This document shows, piece by piece, positions 32,209-32,929 of a stretch of DNA of 32,929 nucleotides. This DNA is from Acidobacteriota bacterium (lineage in GTDB: Bacteria; Acidobacteriota; Terriglobia; Acidiferrales; 2-02-FULL-67-57). The DNA lies in NCBI GenBank assembly GCA_016189965.1, contig JACPRL010000160.1, forward strand, positions 1-32,929. The letters run 5' to 3'. Position 1 is the first letter of the stretch; every line of letters begins with the position of its first letter. Made by a program: the position numbers and the translations under genes. The notes beneath the pieces were generated by a model, which worked only from the letters and a program-made list of their open reading frames with translations, ran no database searches and had not been told where the DNA came from.

Positions 32209-32306
32209 AGGTACGCACAACAATCCTCACCGCAGAGGCGCTGAGGACCCGCCTACGCCCTTCGGGCTTCGGTGGGCAGGCGCAGAGGGAGCGCGGAGGA
32301 AGAGCG

Positions 32307-32929
32307 ATGGCGATCAAGACGATTATTGAGCCGTTCAAGATCAAGAGCGTGGAGCCGATCCGCTGGACGACGCGGGCGGAGCGCGAGGCGCTATTGCGCC
32401 AGGCGCATTACAACCTGTTCTTGCTGCCGGCCGACGCCATCCTGATTGACCTGCTGAGCGACTCGGGCACGGGCGCGATGTCCACGCGGCAGTGGGCGGC
32501 GATGATGGAAGGCGACGAAAGCTACGCCGGCAGCCGCAGCTTCGAGCGCTTGCGGAAAGTGGTGCAGGAGATTTTCGGCTACCGGCACGTGATTCCCACG
32601 CACCAGGGGCGGGCGGCCGAGCGCATCCTGTTCAGCGTGATGTGCCAGAAGGGCGACGTGGTGCCGAACAACACCCACTTCGACACCACGCGGGCGAACG
32701 TGGAGTTCGTGGGGGCGGAGGCGGTGGACCTGCCCATCCGGGAGGGGACGGAGCCGGCCACCGAGCACCCCTTCAAGGGCAACATGGACGTGGCGGCGCT
32801 TGAGCAGTTGATCGCGGGCGTCCGCCCCGGGCGCATTCCGTTGGTGATGCTGACGGTGACGAACAACTCGGGCGGCGGCCAGCCGGTCTCGCTCGAAAAC
32901 ATCCGCGCCGTCCGCGCCGTCTGCGACCG
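32307..32929 (+). CDS. beta-eliminating lyase: tryptophanase / tyrosine phenol-lyase family (5' part, runs off the window)
   Basis: Not in the ORF track because there is no stop in the window. ATG 32307 is preceded by GGAGGA with a 6-nt spacer. The translation begins MAIKTIIEPFKIKSVEPIRWTTRAEREALLRQAHYNLFLLPADAILIDLLSDSGTGAMS. It continues …QWAAMMEGDESYAGSRSF…IPTHQGRAAE…TNNSGGGQPVS. This matches the TnaA/TPL N-terminal signature closely. I cannot decide between tryptophanase and TPL by eye. Confidence 0.9.
   Translation, partial: MAIKTIIEPFKIKSVEPIRWTTRAEREALLRQAHYNLFLLPADAILIDLLSDSGTGAMSTRQWAAMMEGDESYAGSRSFERLRKVVQEIFGYRHVIPTHQGRAAERILFSVMCQKGDVVPNNTHFDTTRANVEFVGAEAVDLPIREGTEPATEHPFKGNMDVAALEQLIAGVRPGRIPLVMLTVTNNSGGGQPVSLENIRAVRAVCD

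Overview
This is a GC-rich, tightly packed bacterial chromosomal segment. The Ser/Thr-kinase sensor architectures and the interspersed repeats suggest an Acidobacteriota-like organism, but that is inference only.

I support about 30 protein genes and 2 tRNAs:
- Signalling: two membrane Ser/Thr kinases, one with a TPR sensor and one with a TolB/PD40 beta-propeller sensor.
- Lipid A: lpxD and lpxA (divergent), and an alpha/beta-hydrolase + LpxL-family acyltransferase operon.
- Molybdenum-cofactor related: a MobB-like P-loop gene divergent from a MOSC gene.
- Other enzymes and channels: an MscS / PQQ-sugar-dehydrogenase / DUF1025-metallopeptidase operon, ppa, PhzF, DinB, two GNATs and a SAM methyltransferase.
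- Peptidases: an S9 DPP-IV-type peptidase, a secreted tandem M42 peptidase and a ~1000-aa secreted thermolysin/fungalysin-like metalloprotease.
- Cell wall: a YkuD L,D-transpeptidase with a degenerate paralogue next to it.
- Others: an orphan HicB and the 5' part of a tryptophanase/tyrosine-phenol-lyase gene. That gene runs off the window and is absent from the ORF track.
- tRNAs: tRNA-Ser(UGA) and an atypical tRNA-Glu(UUC).

I see no integrase, transposase, reverse transcriptase, CRISPR array, restriction or recognisable defence genes. I cannot point to a convincing multi-gene novel system, and the window looks mostly like core genome.

The unusual signals are mainly non-coding or small-scale:
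1. The tRNA-Glu gene is separated from a displaced copy of its own 3' end plus CCA by a 113-nt block of interspersed repeats, flanked by a 10-nt direct repeat.
2. A family of about 25-nt interspersed repeats (CCCTTCGACTWCGCTCAGGGCARGC-like) occurs at 7 loci, all in the same orientation. Two copies carry nested hairpin insertions with duplicated flanks, and one sits in frame inside the methyltransferase CDS.
3. Several GC-hairpin families recur between genes.
4. Two small ORFs with atypical composition and good expression signals lie at operon ends.
5. Both tRNAs have promoters placed for leaderless transcripts.
6. There are degenerate/active paralogue pairings (M42 tandem, YkuD pair).

All functional calls come from reading motifs by eye. 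No searches were run.
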